Shown here in pieces: positions 10,717 to 22,794 of a stretch of DNA of 64,000 bases. The DNA is taken from the NCBI RefSeq assembly GCF_000981445.1, contig NC_027216.1:372001-436000 (forward strand), read 5' to 3'. The position numbers and the translations under genes are program-made. The DNA is from Babesia bigemina. Taxonomy: Eukaryota. Each line of letters opens with the position of its first letter. Positions within the stretch are counted from its first letter, which is position 1. The notes beneath the pieces are model-generated. The model was given only the letters and a program-made list of their open reading frames with translations, made no database searches and was not told where the DNA came from.

Positions 10717-11704
10717 GATTGCTGCGGAAGGATTAGATATACGACTTTAAGTGTATATTGGGTGGGGTTTGTACTAATATACGGTGGCTTTGTACGGCCG
10801 GTTTCCGGCGTGGGCGATGCCGCCTGTGGGTTTCCCGCCGCGGTGGGCTGCGGACGTACCTTGGTAGCAGATATGTTCCCCGATTACAGTTCCTTTGCGT
10901 TCGTCAATTCGGTGCGCTAGGAATTGGGTGTGAATTCGCTTAGTAGCCCGTCCGCGGATGCTTTGACAGATGATTGTTAAAATGGGGGGCGGGTCCAAGC
11001 CTCCGAACCCCGACGGCGTAGACCAGGATTAATGCGGGCTAGAGGCAGAGACATTTTGCTGATGTATTATTCTACGGCGTCACGTGTGTATAGAAGTTTG
11101 AGTACACCGATGTCGAATAGACTTGCCTTCGGCGCTGATTCTTGGCCACAAGAATACCGCCAGCAGCAAGACCGCCATGCCACTAATACGCGGCGGAGGA
11201 GCTCTTTTTGATCCTGAGATGCAGGTTCATCTGTATGTGTGCTATTTAGCTTCAGTTTAAAGCAGCTGTGATTAAGACGTGGCTCCTCGGTTCTAAAGCA
11301 CGTGTTACTGGTGGGTTCACCGGAATAGTCATCGGCGCCCGTAACACACAATATCTAGTTACAGCTGTGAAAAGCACGGAATAACAATACGATACCATTT
11401 GCGCGCTTTGGGCTCTGGCCGCCCATGGGTGCGGAATCCAGCAGACACCCCGCACGCTTTTACCGGAAGGCTGCCCGTTAATCCCGCACTTCCTTAGAGG
11501 CACACTGGGTGCCTAGTTCAAATGTGTCGGTTTCCGACCGTCCTATTTAGCTGGCCTTCCACCGGACTCCGCCGGCTGATCCCCATAACTGGGGCCACGG
11601 CGACTCGCGTTTGTGCGATCTCGACGTGCTCTCGATTCATAGAATAAAAGGAACCACAACATCTTTTTTCTGAGTGACCGTGTAGGTCCGGTGAAACCTT
11701 CAGG

Positions 11705-12804
11705 ATGGTGAGTTGCCTTTACGGCCGTTTGTTGCGGGCTCGTCGCCGTCTGTGTTAGGGGGTGTATCGGAATATATTGCCACGCCTTTTAGCGCGGGCG
11801 CCGTGTTGGCTTCGTGCCAGTAAACCCATGTATTTTACCCTGTTTAATGGGCTTTGATAATTGTTGGTGTTCATTTTCGTGGTTGTCTGTTTTCCTTTGC
11901 GCTGTTGTGGGTGTGACTCATGGTTTTGCAGTTTAAGGCTTCTAACTCCAAAAAGGGCAGCGAGGAAGGTGCGGCTTCCGCCATGAACTCGTCTGCTGGC
12001 AAACGCACATCGGCCACGAAGGATTCGAAGGTTGCGCCTCTGCCCAAGGTGTTGAAGCAGGTCAAGCCCACGAAGCCTCGCGACCACCTGTTTTCCCCTG
12101 CCCCCAAGAGCTTCCACATTGGCGGTGCCATTCGCCCCCGTGTGAATCTTTCACGTTACGTGAAATGGCCGAAGTACGTGCGCATCCAGCGTCAGCGCCG
12201 CGTGCTTCTGCAGCGCCTTAAGATACCTCCGGCCATTAATCAGTTCAGCTACACGATTGACAAGAGCCAGGCTCACCAATTACTGAAGCTGCTGAACAAG
12301 TACAAGCCCGAGACCCGCAAGGAGAAGGCCGCCCGTCTGTTGGCCGACGCCAACGCCATTGCTCAGGGCCAGGAGGCCGTCTCTAAGAAGCCGTACATGT
12401 TGAAGAGCGGTTTGAGCCATGTGACAAACTTGGTCGAATACAAGAAGGCCAAGTTGGTGGTTATCGCGCACGACGTTGACCCCCTTGAGTTGGTGCTGTG
12501 GCTGCCGACTCTTTGCCGCAAGAAGGAGGTTCCTTACTGCATCATCAAGGGCAAGAGTAGGCTCGGAAAGCTTGTACACAAGAGGACTGCCGCTGTGGTT
12601 GCGATTGACAACATTCGCAAGGAGGACCAGGCGGAGTTTGAGGCCATGGTGAAGACGTTCACGGCGATGTTCAATGACAACGTTGAGTTGCGTCGCCGTT
12701 GGGGTGGCCACGTAATGGGTGTCAAATCGCAGCACAGGCAGGTGAAGAAGGAGGCGCTGCTTGCGATGGAGAACGCGAAGAAGTTGGGCCTCGCCTTCGG
12801 ATAA
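11705..12804 (+). CDS. RPL7A: 60S ribosomal protein L7a (eL8); probable ATG-only first exon followed by intron 11708-11931
   Basis: VKWPKYVRIQRQRRVL...KKAKLVVIAHDVDPLELVLWLPTLCRKKEVPYCIIKGKSRLG. ATG|GTGAGT at 11705 and TTGCAG acceptor at 11931 join in frame. Confidence 0.95.
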
Positions 12805-12896
12805 ACGCCTTCTGGTGCGTCCTGTCCCGTGGTGCGCGTGACATTATAACTCATTGACCAACGGTAATTTTGCGAGGGTTATTCGTGCCGATTTGT

Positions 12897-12966
12897 GGAA
12901 TAATGATGATAAACCACAGACCTGTGCCGATGCAGCGCACGTGCGGACTGTTATGATCTGATACTT
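12897..12966 (+). ncRNA. Box C/D snoRNA, SNORD25/snR56-like (SSU rRNA Gm1428 in yeast numbering)
   Basis: C box ATGATGA 12903-09, guide CACAGACCTGT before D' CCGA 12927-30, D box CTGA 12958-61. The guide is complementary to the conserved 18S ACAGGUCUGUG and the D+5 rule lands on the known methylated G. Confidence 0.85.
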
Positions 12967-12971
12967 GTTTC

Positions 12972-13095
12972 AGCTGTTATCTGCCATGGAGGAGGCGCCG
13001 AAACCGCTGGCCCTTCCTCCGCCAAGTGCAGCTAATAATGACGTCACATAGGAACCGCGCCGCCAGTGCGTCGTTGGGCCGACAAGATGACAACA
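12972..13095 (+). ncRNA. Box H/ACA snoRNA, snR34/SNORA65-like (LSU Psi2826 and Psi2880 in yeast numbering)
   Basis: Hairpin 1: AGCTG/CAGCT base, GGAGGA/TCCTCC upper stem, pocket CTGCCAT + GCCA pairing UGGC-U-U-GUGGCAG. Degenerate H box ATAATG at 13035. Hairpin 2 pocket ATAGGAA + GCCGACA pairs UGUCGGC-U-C-UUCCUAU. ACA at 13090-92. Confidence 0.8.
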
Positions 13096-13111
13096 GTTTT
13101 CATCATTCGTT

Positions 13112-13195
13112 ACACTATGATTACACCTGCCTAGGAAGTGCCGTCAGAATGTGCCTGATCCGCACTGTTCATGTTGTGAAGTGGGCATATGAGTA
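13112..13195 (+). ncRNA. Box C/D snoRNA, SNORD49-like (LSU C equivalent to yeast 2879)
   Basis: C-like box ATGATTA 13117-23. Guide plus D' is TAGGAAGTGCCGT-CAGA (13132-48), complementary to CGGCUCUUCCUA with one mismatch. D box is CTGA 13155 or ATGA 13189, so the 3' end is uncertain. Confidence 0.7.
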
Positions 13196-13202
13196 CCAAA
13201 AC

Positions 13203-13279
13203 GCAAATGATGAAAACCAGTATCACAATCCATCTTTCGGGTCTGAATGGTGATGATACTTCTACTCTGACGACTTTGC
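13203..13279 (+). ncRNA. Box C/D snoRNA, snR39B-like (LSU Gm805 in yeast numbering)
   Basis: C ATGATGA 13207-13, guide CCATCTTTCGGGT before D' CTGA 13243-46 (complement of ACCCGAAAGAUGG), C' GTGATGA 13250-56, D CTGA 13267-70, terminal stem GCAAA/TTTGC. Confidence 0.88.
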
Positions 13280-13402
13280 ATGAAAAAGCAGGTGCCTCGT
13301 TCCAATAATGAGTGCGCCCCGTTGTACATGCGCATACGAACTGAGGGTCAAGTTAGGTTCTTTCTTTCCGTGGAAGTTACCTCGTTCCCCCCTCGCACAT
13401 GC
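13278..13402 (+). ncRNA. Box H/ACA snoRNA, snR37-like (LSU Psi2944 in yeast numbering)
   Basis: Hairpin 1 GCATG/CATGC with upper stem GGTGC-CTCGTT/AATGAG-TGCGCC, H box ATACGA 13334-39. Hairpin 2 GAGGG/CCCTC with pocket CGTTCCC + AGTT pairing GGGAACG-U-G-AGCU. ACA at 13397-99, 14 nt from the top of the pocket. Confidence 0.8.
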
Positions 13403-13486
13403 TACTTCAAACGCAAAATTTCCAGCGTTGCTTCGCCGACTATTTTTGTTCCACGACTCGTGGCCCGCGTATGCGGCCGCGAGGCC

Positions 13487-13553
13487 TATCATGATGATTT
13501 ACTACCTGGTCCGTGTTTCTGATTTTGATGAAACCCCTCAGGCAATCTGATAC
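13487..13553 (+). ncRNA. Box C/D snoRNA, U18/SNORD18-like (LSU Am649 in yeast numbering)
   Basis: C ATGATGA 13491-97, guide TGGTCCGTGTTT before D' CTGA 13519-22 (complement of AAACACGGACCA), C' TTGATGA, D CTGA 13547-50. Confidence 0.88.
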
Positions 13554-13586
13554 TATTGGTAAGTAAGACGCGATGTAACGGTGATT

Positions 13587-13658
13587 GACTAATGATGATT
13601 AAAAAACTTTCGTTCTTCCGAGTTATTATGCGGAATGAAAAGAGACCTGAACTGATGC
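13587..13658 (+). ncRNA. Box C/D snoRNA, SNORD59/snR54-like (SSU Am974 in yeast numbering)
   Basis: C ATGATGA 13592-98, guide AACTTTCGTTCTT before D' CCGA 13618-21 (complement of AAGAACGAAAGUU), D CTGA at 13647-50 or 13652-55. Confidence 0.85.
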
Positions 13659-13661
13659 GCA

Positions 13662-14520
13662 TCACCGTTCACATCTCATAACGAACAGCAGGGTGTCAAC
13701 CAGCAGAGCCGCTGACGCCATGAATGCTGCAATAACAGCTCTCTGAAGGCACATCAAGGCGTATCTAAGCAAGAATTTACCTTCACGACGTCCTTGACGC
13801 CGATAACGCCCGCTACGGAGTAGGCGCCGACGAAAACGAGGAAAACGCCCACAATCGCATTTATTCCCCCGCTGCGCCGATGTTACTGCGATTTCGAAGC
13901 ACACTCACATGATTGGTGGCCTGTACGGCCTTGAAGTCTTGTCGTCTCTTTTTAGCTTCTTGCTGACGTCTGCAACCAAGCGCTGGTAGCGTCTCTCCTC
14001 GGCCTCTCGGAGTGCCGATTTCAAATCCGTGGCATCAACGAGCTTCAGGGCCTTGCGATCTGCATCGATTATTTAGACATCTGGCTGAATTTCGTACTCT
14101 TTATAGTCGTGTTCATCATTATTTGATAGAGCTCGAAGCGCCTGGGTTGTATGGCGGCATTCGTGTTGTCGTCGAACGAATCGCACAGCTCGTGATGGGA
14201 GACTACCTGCGGGTTTGTGTTTATCCCGGCAGCTAACCAACCAGGCGGATGAACGCGTCCAGATTTATCGACTTGCCCTTCTCCATTTCTCGTGCGGCGT
14301 CGATCATCTCGTCGTTTGGGACATCATCCTCGTGACTGGCTACTGGATTAAGCTCCGACAGTCTGCGGTACGGAGCTTCGGCGGCCCTGCTGCGCAGTAT
14401 CTTCGCCGCCCGCGCCGTTTCCAGCAGGTAGCGGGTGCGCACTCGGACGAATTCGCCGAGGAATTCGTCCACCTCCGGCGTGCGCTCGAAGTAGGCAGCC
14501 GAATTCCCCGAACGACCCAT
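13662..14520 (-). CDS. Multi-exon membrane protein, probable Vma12/TMEM199 V-ATPase assembly factor
   Basis: Spliced by eye over 4 short GT-AG introns: ...LKSALREAEERRYQRLVADV... followed by two TM helices (GINAIVGVFLVFVGAYSVAGVI; AVIAAFMASAALLVDTLLFVM). Confidence 0.55.
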
Positions 14521-14889
14521 AGGGCGTGCTGGCGTTTTTCAGTAGTCTAGTGCTTCGAATTGACGTTGTGGGCAGAAGTTTAGCCCCTTTGGCAGCGATT
14601 CCGCGGCTCAACGGTTCATATTTATCTGCTACGGCGTATTACGTGTTCATCCTTCCGCGCGGATTCCAACTGTAAATTGGAGCGGTGTTGACATCCACGT
14701 ACTAAATTGGCAACGCTCAGTGCAATATTTTCTGGCGCGCGGATGTACTTGCATGGATTATTGTGAATTACGGCTGGGTGTGTACCCTCCGCTAAAGCGC
14801 CACGCTATCGCCAGCAGGGCTCCGCAGCTGGCGGCAGTCCGATTGATTCGGATGCGTACAGATGTGTGTGTCGTGACTGGTCGTTGTAG

Positions 14890-16950
14890 ATGGTGCTCGA
14901 GCCCACGGGGTGGTACTCGTACGACGAGTTCGCCTATGTGTTCTCCCGGCTACGCCACCCGGAGGAATACGCCTCTATCGCAACGAAGATCGCAGTGTGG
15001 AAGTCTCGCGCAAAGGTGCCTGCAGCGGTGACGGCGACGGAGTCGCTAATCAGCGCCGTGGTCGCGGATCACCAGTGTTCATTGTCGGAGTCCGGCCTGC
15101 GCAGCCTGTATGCGATGGCCGTCATACGGTACGTATGCACGCAGAAGTGATTTTATGCACATGTAGCGCTGTGAACCTGTTGCTAGACCACGAGCAGGAT
15201 CGCGAGTACGCCCGCAGCTTGCGAGTACTCGCAAAGGAATGCGAACTGCCCGAGTACATCATCACGGTGCGCAACGAATGCTCGCATCGGGAGATCCCCG
15301 ACCTGAACACGCTGCGGCTCGCGGCATTCGATGCCATAAACTACGTGTACAATAAGTACTGGTAGGTGTCACTTTGGCGCATGCGGAATCGCGTCGGTAT
15401 AACTGTCTCCCAGGTCGGCGCAGCACAAGAGCATCGTGTTCAAGCTGAGCAACCCGGAATACGACGCGCTGTGCATGTCGTCACTGCTAATTGGCTGCTA
15501 CAGCTCGGCGCTAACCAAGCTACCTTTGGACGCCGCCGATCCTTGCGTATTGTGGGCAGGTTATCGTGGCGGTGGATCTGAGGCTCGTCTGGCGTTGTGC
15601 AGGCGGGACCATGTGTTCGATTCGGCCGTCATCACAGCACGACGCCTGGTCACAATAGCTACCAGGCGGTCATATCTGTCCATGTGGCGCCGCATCCACT
15701 GGAAATACAAAGTACGTGCAGGTCTTTTTTACTTGTAGCTGTGTACAGGCTGTAGACCACGCGCATTCCTGGGAAGCCAGATCGCTGTATCAGAGCGTCA
15801 TTGTAAAAACCGCTGGTACAGCTCGGCGTCTGGCTGACGGTTGCGCCCACCAGACTTTCTTTGTCTCAGCGTTTGTGGAGTTTGTGTTCGCCCACTTCGA
15901 GCCGGACGCAAACAGCGTCTTTATAGTGTTCATGCTGGAATTCCTGGACCATCTGCCTTTCAACTTCGCTATAGAGTGAGTCAGGGAGTTTGCGTGCTTT
16001 AACGGCTGTCCAGGCTAGCGGCAGCAGCTCTGTGCATAGTGTTCGACCTCCCCGACGGCCTGACTGACGAGCAAAACCGTAAGCAACGGCCAATGTATTT
16101 CGATCGCATCGCTCAATACTCGAAGTTTTTATCCTCAACCGCTGCCACAAGCGTTCGGAGCGTGCAGTCTGGAGCGAGCCGAGCCCTAGAGCAGGAAAGC
16201 GCAGAGCCTGGCTCAGCTCGCCGCCGAGTTAACGCGTGGCTGATTTCGATGCTCTCGTGGGCCAATATGTTTGAGCACAAGCGCTACTGCCACCGGCTGC
16301 CGATGTGCATTCGCACCCTCGCCTGCGGCGTGACTGCCGACGCGCAGCGACTTTGGGTGGCCTGTGGTAACGGACTTGCCCGGTTTGCAGCAGCTACACA
16401 CGCACTGTTGCCAAACGTCGCAGTGCAGCTGTCGTATCGCGGGACGTTGCTTCCAGCTGGGCTGCGGTGGAACCCGCAACCCTGGGAGTCTGACCGCCTA
16501 TCCCACGCTCTGGGTATGCTCGCCTGGATATCCGGATTCCTCGAAAACGGTCTGATTAAAAAATACGTGTTCTCCAGCCTGAGCACGTCGGAAGTCCAGA
16601 AAAGGCTAAAATCGCTAAAGGGGGAAAGGAAAGTGCACGTGACAACTGTGGACAGAATGTTGCTACCTGGCACTCTCTGGGACCCCGTTCGTTGGCGCAT
16701 CCAACACACCGTGAGACGTTTGGGGGAGTCCCATGCATGCCACTCGCGCGTACTCTCCGCCCTGGATGAGGCGTCCGAGCGCTGCCCCGTCCTCCTGCCT
16801 AGCAAAATCAGCCGCCGGTTCCAGCGGTCCGCGCGGCGCTCCACCAAACCGTCGGCGGGAAACCACCACGGCATACGCGCCCTGATGCAAATATACGGGC
16901 AGTTGGCGGCACCCATCAAGTCACTTGCCCATAGAGAACGCTACTCTTAG
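14890..16950 (+). CDS. LAS1: Las1-like HEPN pre-rRNA (ITS2) endonuclease, multi-exon
   Basis: W..W..F..V, VWKSRAKVPAAVTAT, LRSLYAMAVIR.VN, LAKECELPEYIITVRNECSHREIPDL..LR.AA..A..Y....YW follow the Las1 domain pattern. Confidence 0.75.
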
Positions 16951-17760
16951 CTAAAGTACGTCCATACGCGGGCCTGTAACATGCATAAGAATGTGCCCGG
17001 CGATCACTACCACCACTGTCCCACCGTATATAGTGATGCCAATGACCATACAGCCTGACTTGTGCCTTTCGTGAATGCTGTGTAAGGGACCCCCGACCTC
17101 AGCGCCGCGTCAACTCCTCCAGTGTGCTGACCGTTGTCCCCAATATGATGCATCTGTATAACAATGTATGCGGACGGCTGTTAAGCCATGTAAGAGATCT
17201 ATGACACGTCCGCCAGAAGTGATCAGGCTACTGGATGGAATCTTGCGACGCCGCGCTAACCGCGGCGTGGATTCCACGGTGATTTATGCTCATTCGTAGT
17301 GTTTAGATGTGATAAATGCCAATTTTCAGCGAAATATGCGACCTGGCTGCGTCAACTGCTCTGTGTGGCCCGTGACGCGTTTATGTCCGGCCACGACGTC
17401 GATGACTGGTTGGCGTGCATGTCTGGGCTGATAGATCTGTTGTCTGTCTTGCGGCCGCAGTGACTTGCATATATGTCTGACGGATTAATAAAACGGGGGA
17501 TCGCACTTGGTGACAAATCTAACACATTTGCGAAGGCCTGGCGGACTTGGAGTCTGCCGCCCACACTAGGGTGAAGTCTGGCGCGAAAGATGGAATCTTG
17601 GTCATCCTTCTCCGACTATTGTGCGTGTAGACCAACGATTCAGAGGTTTTTAATCACAGTGTTACCCCTGGCGGCAAGCAAACTGCAAGGCGCTGCCATC
17701 GAATAGATTGCGTTTTAGTGGCACATCCGCGAGTCTTCGACCATCACTGCAAGTCACAAG

Positions 17761-18906
17761 ATGGACGGCGGCGTTCCTACGGACCCGACCCCTTACAACG
17801 ACTACTACGATGACGACCTGACTCCGCTCGGGCTTCCCGTTACACTGAACGATTTGCTGGATGAGCTGTCGCCCCCGCCCTCTGCACATTCGAAGCCGCC
17901 CTCTAGCAAGAATGACGAACACTACTCATCGCTGCGTCATTACGTCGAGGGCCTGAGCTCGGAGGAGGTGGATGAAACTATAAATGATGTCCTGAAAAAC
18001 TTAAGTTTGCGCGCGGGCACCTCGCCGTTGCCTCCACCGGGGAACCTAGTTGGCCCTTTGCAGGATGACGCCACCCCTACGTTAGATTTCAGCAATTCCG
18101 ACTGGACATCTCAGACCGGCCGTTTCAGTTTCGGCGAGAACCATACCGCCCTTCGCCATCCCACGTTCAATCCGCTGGAGCAGGCGTATGACAGCCGCGA
18201 TACTTTCGAGTCGCTGTCGACTCACTGGACGTCGTACTACGATGATGCGAACCGTTCAGAGTGCGACTTTTCGTCGGGGAACGCTGCATATGCGGCTACT
18301 GAAGTGGGAATCAGTGATATGGCGCCCCCTGGCCTATCTGCCAGCAGCTCGACGCTGTACTCCTGGCCGGACGCGCGCAGCAACAGCTGCAAGGCACTTA
18401 CCGAGTCCCTCCGTAATATACAGTTCCAGGTAGCGAAGGTGGAGCAGGCTCTCACGTGTGCGATGAACGAGACATCCCCTGCGGCATCGAGACAACCCCC
18501 TCCACCCGCCAAGCCACCCATGTTTTATAAGCGAGCGAACGATGAAAACTCAATGATTTCAACTCAAAATGCGGCCCTGATGATGGGAGTGAAGCTGAAC
18601 GCTCCCAACGAGTTCTGGAGGACGTCGATTTGTAAATACTGGCAACGTGGGGTTTGCGAGAACACGAACTGCAACTTTGCGCACGGCAAGAAGGAACTGA
18701 AGGCAACTATTGGCGTCTGGAAGACGACTCCCTGCCATCACTGGAAGAATGGGACTTGCCGCGTAGGCAGGTTCTGTCGGCACGCGCACGGTGAGGCAGA
18801 GCTCCAGCCGATGAACATGCCGGTACACCTGTTGAGGAACAGGGTTATGAACGCGCTGAGGGCAAGTGACCGCTTCCAGCGGAAAAGGAACCCCACCACA
18901 AACTAG
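17761..18906 (+). CDS. Tandem CCCH zinc-finger RNA-binding protein (TTP/ZFP36-type fingers)
   Basis: WRTSICKYWQRGVCENTNCNFAHG..EL and WKTTPCHHWKNGTCRVGRFCRHAHG..EL. Confidence 0.9.
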   Translation: MDGGVPTDPTPYNDYYDDDLTPLGLPVTLNDLLDELSPPPSAHSKPPSSKNDEHYSSLRHYVEGLSSEEVDETINDVLKNLSLRAGTSPLPPPGNLVGPLQDDATPTLDFSNSDWTSQTGRFSFGENHTALRHPTFNPLEQAYDSRDTFESLSTHWTSYYDDANRSECDFSSGNAAYAATEVGISDMAPPGLSASSSTLYSWPDARSNSCKALTESLRNIQFQVAKVEQALTCAMNETSPAASRQPPPPAKPPMFYKRANDENSMISTQNAALMMGVKLNAPNEFWRTSICKYWQRGVCENTNCNFAHGKKELKATIGVWKTTPCHHWKNGTCRVGRFCRHAHGEAELQPMNMPVHLLRNRVMNALRASDRFQRKRNPTTN

Positions 18907-20146
18907 TGTACAGGTGGATCAGTTGGTTCTATTCGTAGCGCGGCTCCTCGAGGTTCGCGATCTGGTCGGCGTCCTGCTGATGGCGAGGTATCAGGACCTA
19001 TCGCCCATCACACGCTATTGGGCATGAGTTTCGCTGCCATTTTCGTTGTATATGTTATTTGAGGTTTGATTTATGGGTTTATGGCTCAATATTTCAGAGC
19101 TGAGTGCAATATTGGATTTGAAAGGTTTTGCCGCTGTTAGTCTTCAAACTTGGAACAGCAGGCGTTTTGATTGTGCATTTTTATCAGTTGGTTGTACCAC
19201 CTGTGTTCACATGTGGGTGGATGAAGTTTTGGGTCCACTGCTGTTTTGAGACTTATGGATTTTCATTTTGGGTAATCTTGAGGCAGCATCATGGTTTACA
19301 CTCGTATCTTTCTCTGTGCGTCTCGTTGATGCGGATTTGTTGAGCCGCCTGTTGAGCTTGTCCCAAGGAGGGGAGTTGCAACGGGCGCTGTGTTTCGGAA
19401 TTGGAAATCAAGCGGCCGGTTCAAATTCAGGACCGGCGGCCCTCACTGTCATCCGTGGATGGTTTTATCTGAAAATCAGAATGGTTGGACGAGCTCGTGT
19501 CTTGCTCACTTCTCTTGCTCTGCGCATTATTTCAGGTGTCACGATGCTATTTTGCGCGTTGGCCTGTGCACACTGTGTGGAGTCTCGAAAATTACGAGTT
19601 CTATGGTCGTCATTGTAAAGAATTGGATTTCATTGTCTGCGCCGTGCTGTTGGGCGATGATGACCGTCGCACCCACAACGGGTTACGTTTTTGTGGTAAT
19701 GTTCTATAAACGTATTAGGAAGTCAGTTTAACGCAGGTTTCTGTGTTGGCTGCCAAAGTGCGGTTTCTTGGCTTCGTCGGCGCTTTGCGCAAGCCGCCGA
19801 AGGTAATCAGTTTGGGCAGTGCCCATTTGGTGTGCATTATTAAATACAAATAGCAGTCTTTGTGAGTAAGCCCAGCTTTGCAGGGAGTACCACGATGTCA
19901 TATACTGTCGAGACAAATTTTCCGAGTCCACATCAATGCGAGCTTCGTGTTCTCTAGAACGCACTGACTAGGCTTTCCGATTTCTAGCTAGTCGTTTGCC
20001 ACCGTTGCGGTGGTTACTTTAGTCCGTATTGCTATCTTCCAGTTATCCAACAATATTAATATATGTGTAAAACGTTTCATCCACCGATGTGCGGCGGTAT
20101 GGGCCGGCTCCGGCCGCGAGTCGCCGGGCAACTTTAAATAGTTGCC

Positions 20147-21406
<1,260 letters not shown>

Positions 21407-21569
21407 AGATGCGGCGTGAGACAGCGCGAGACGACGACGGCATGTGTCGTTGCTACCCGCCCTGCCGCATTGCCGGCAGCGCCTGCGCTCTGTTGCTATA
21501 CAACGCGCAAAGGACACAGCGTAACACGTAACTTAGATCCAGGATTAAACCATGTCGTTAGTTCAGAGC

Positions 21570-22052
21570 TCAGTACTTTTCGACGAAAGGTACCGGGTCC
21601 ATGGCGATGATGGAGTCGGGCGTAGCCTCGACGATGTATCCCGGGGCCACCGGCGCGGGCTGCCTCTTGGTCGTAATCTTCTTGCCCTCAGCCTTTGCCT
21701 TGCGTTTCAGCTCATCGTTCACGGCGACGCGCTTGAGGAAGTCCTCGCGGCAGCGGCTCTTGCGAATGTGCGCGATGTTGACGTGGATGCGCTTGAGCAG
21801 CTGCTTGCCGCGGACGACCTTCTTGATTATGACACCCAGGGCCCTGGGGGTGACGTTGTAGACCATTCCAGTCTTGCCGTGGTAGTAGGAGTAGGGCATA
21901 CCCTTGTGGACCGAGGGGTCGCAGAGGACGTCGACGTAGTCACCAACGCGGAACTGCTGGATGTAGCGTGACACGGAGGGCATTCCGCTGCGGCGGAAAG
22001 CCTTGGAGAACTTGTCGCGTGTGCGAGCGCGTTTACCGTACGAGTGCGGCAT
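21570..22052 (-). CDS. RPL21: 60S ribosomal protein L21 (eL21); 5' UTR intron 22079-22250
   Basis: [17 protein letters not shown]...[14 protein letters not shown]...[23 protein letters not shown]. Confidence 0.97.
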   Translation of the reverse strand: MPHSYGKRARTRDKFSKAFRRSGMPSVSRYIQQFRVGDYVDVLCDPSVHKGMPYSYYHGKTGMVYNVTPRALGVIIKKVVRGKQLLKRIHVNIAHIRKSRCREDFLKRVAVNDELKRKAKAEGKKITTKRQPAPVAPGYIVEATPDSIIAMDPVPFVEKY

Positions 22053-22794
22053 TTTGAAATCCGATTGTTAGTTGGGGTCTGCACAGAGTGATGTGATTCC
22101 ACAAAGAGGTGATACAGCGACGACTAAATACAACAACAAAGCGCCTACAATAAAGCTTTAAATGCCGTCAACCGCCGGTTTCGCGGCAGAGGAAAGAGAA
22201 AGCGGCGACCACAACGTGGCCCTCGAGCCTCACAGGAGTGTAACTCTTACCTGAACTGCCACTAGTACGACGAAATAGCGCCCGATGTCGTCTTACGCGG
22301 CGCTGTGGATAAAAGTTTCCTGTAATCTACTGCGGTGGTGCTGAGCCTCGCGCGGGATAGGAGCGGAAAACCTCATGGGGAGGAGTCCGTCGCTCCCCAT
22401 GACGGCCGAGATGTGGGCTCGGGGTCCAGTCGCCGTGCCATATTCCCAGTTTTCGCCGAGCAATATGCGTTTCTACATTTATATACGCGGAGTGTGTAGG
22501 CGTCCGCTGTAACAGATTCGGTCTAACGGTCGTTACGGGCCGGAGCCGCGCCACAGCTACGAACTCTGTACGGAACACTTAAGTGTAGTGAGCTCATAAG
22601 GCTGGTGTGACAAGCTAAAGCTACGGTTTCGGTGAATAAATTTAGTGAGTCACGTCTCACAAAGCAGTTTACCGTCCATTATTCTCCTTCGAGCACTAGC
22701 AGCCTCGGGCGACCTCTTTACCTTGCAATGTCTCCGACGTTTGTACAAGCGCGTAATGCCGCTGACCAGGGGCAACCTATTCGGACACCTTGGC

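Noticed and set aside
11067..11503. Possible small gene between the divergent RPL5 and RPL7a
   Set aside because: No consistent exon chain or motif found. Treated as bidirectional promoter region.
12947..12961. D-box guide ACTGTTATGAT as an SSU Am100 (snR51-type) guide
   Set aside because: The D+5 position does not fall on that adenosine. Left as an orphan guide.
13026..13550. Small ORFs downstream of RPL7a
   Set aside because: The region is better explained by snoRNA boxes and rRNA-complementary guides.
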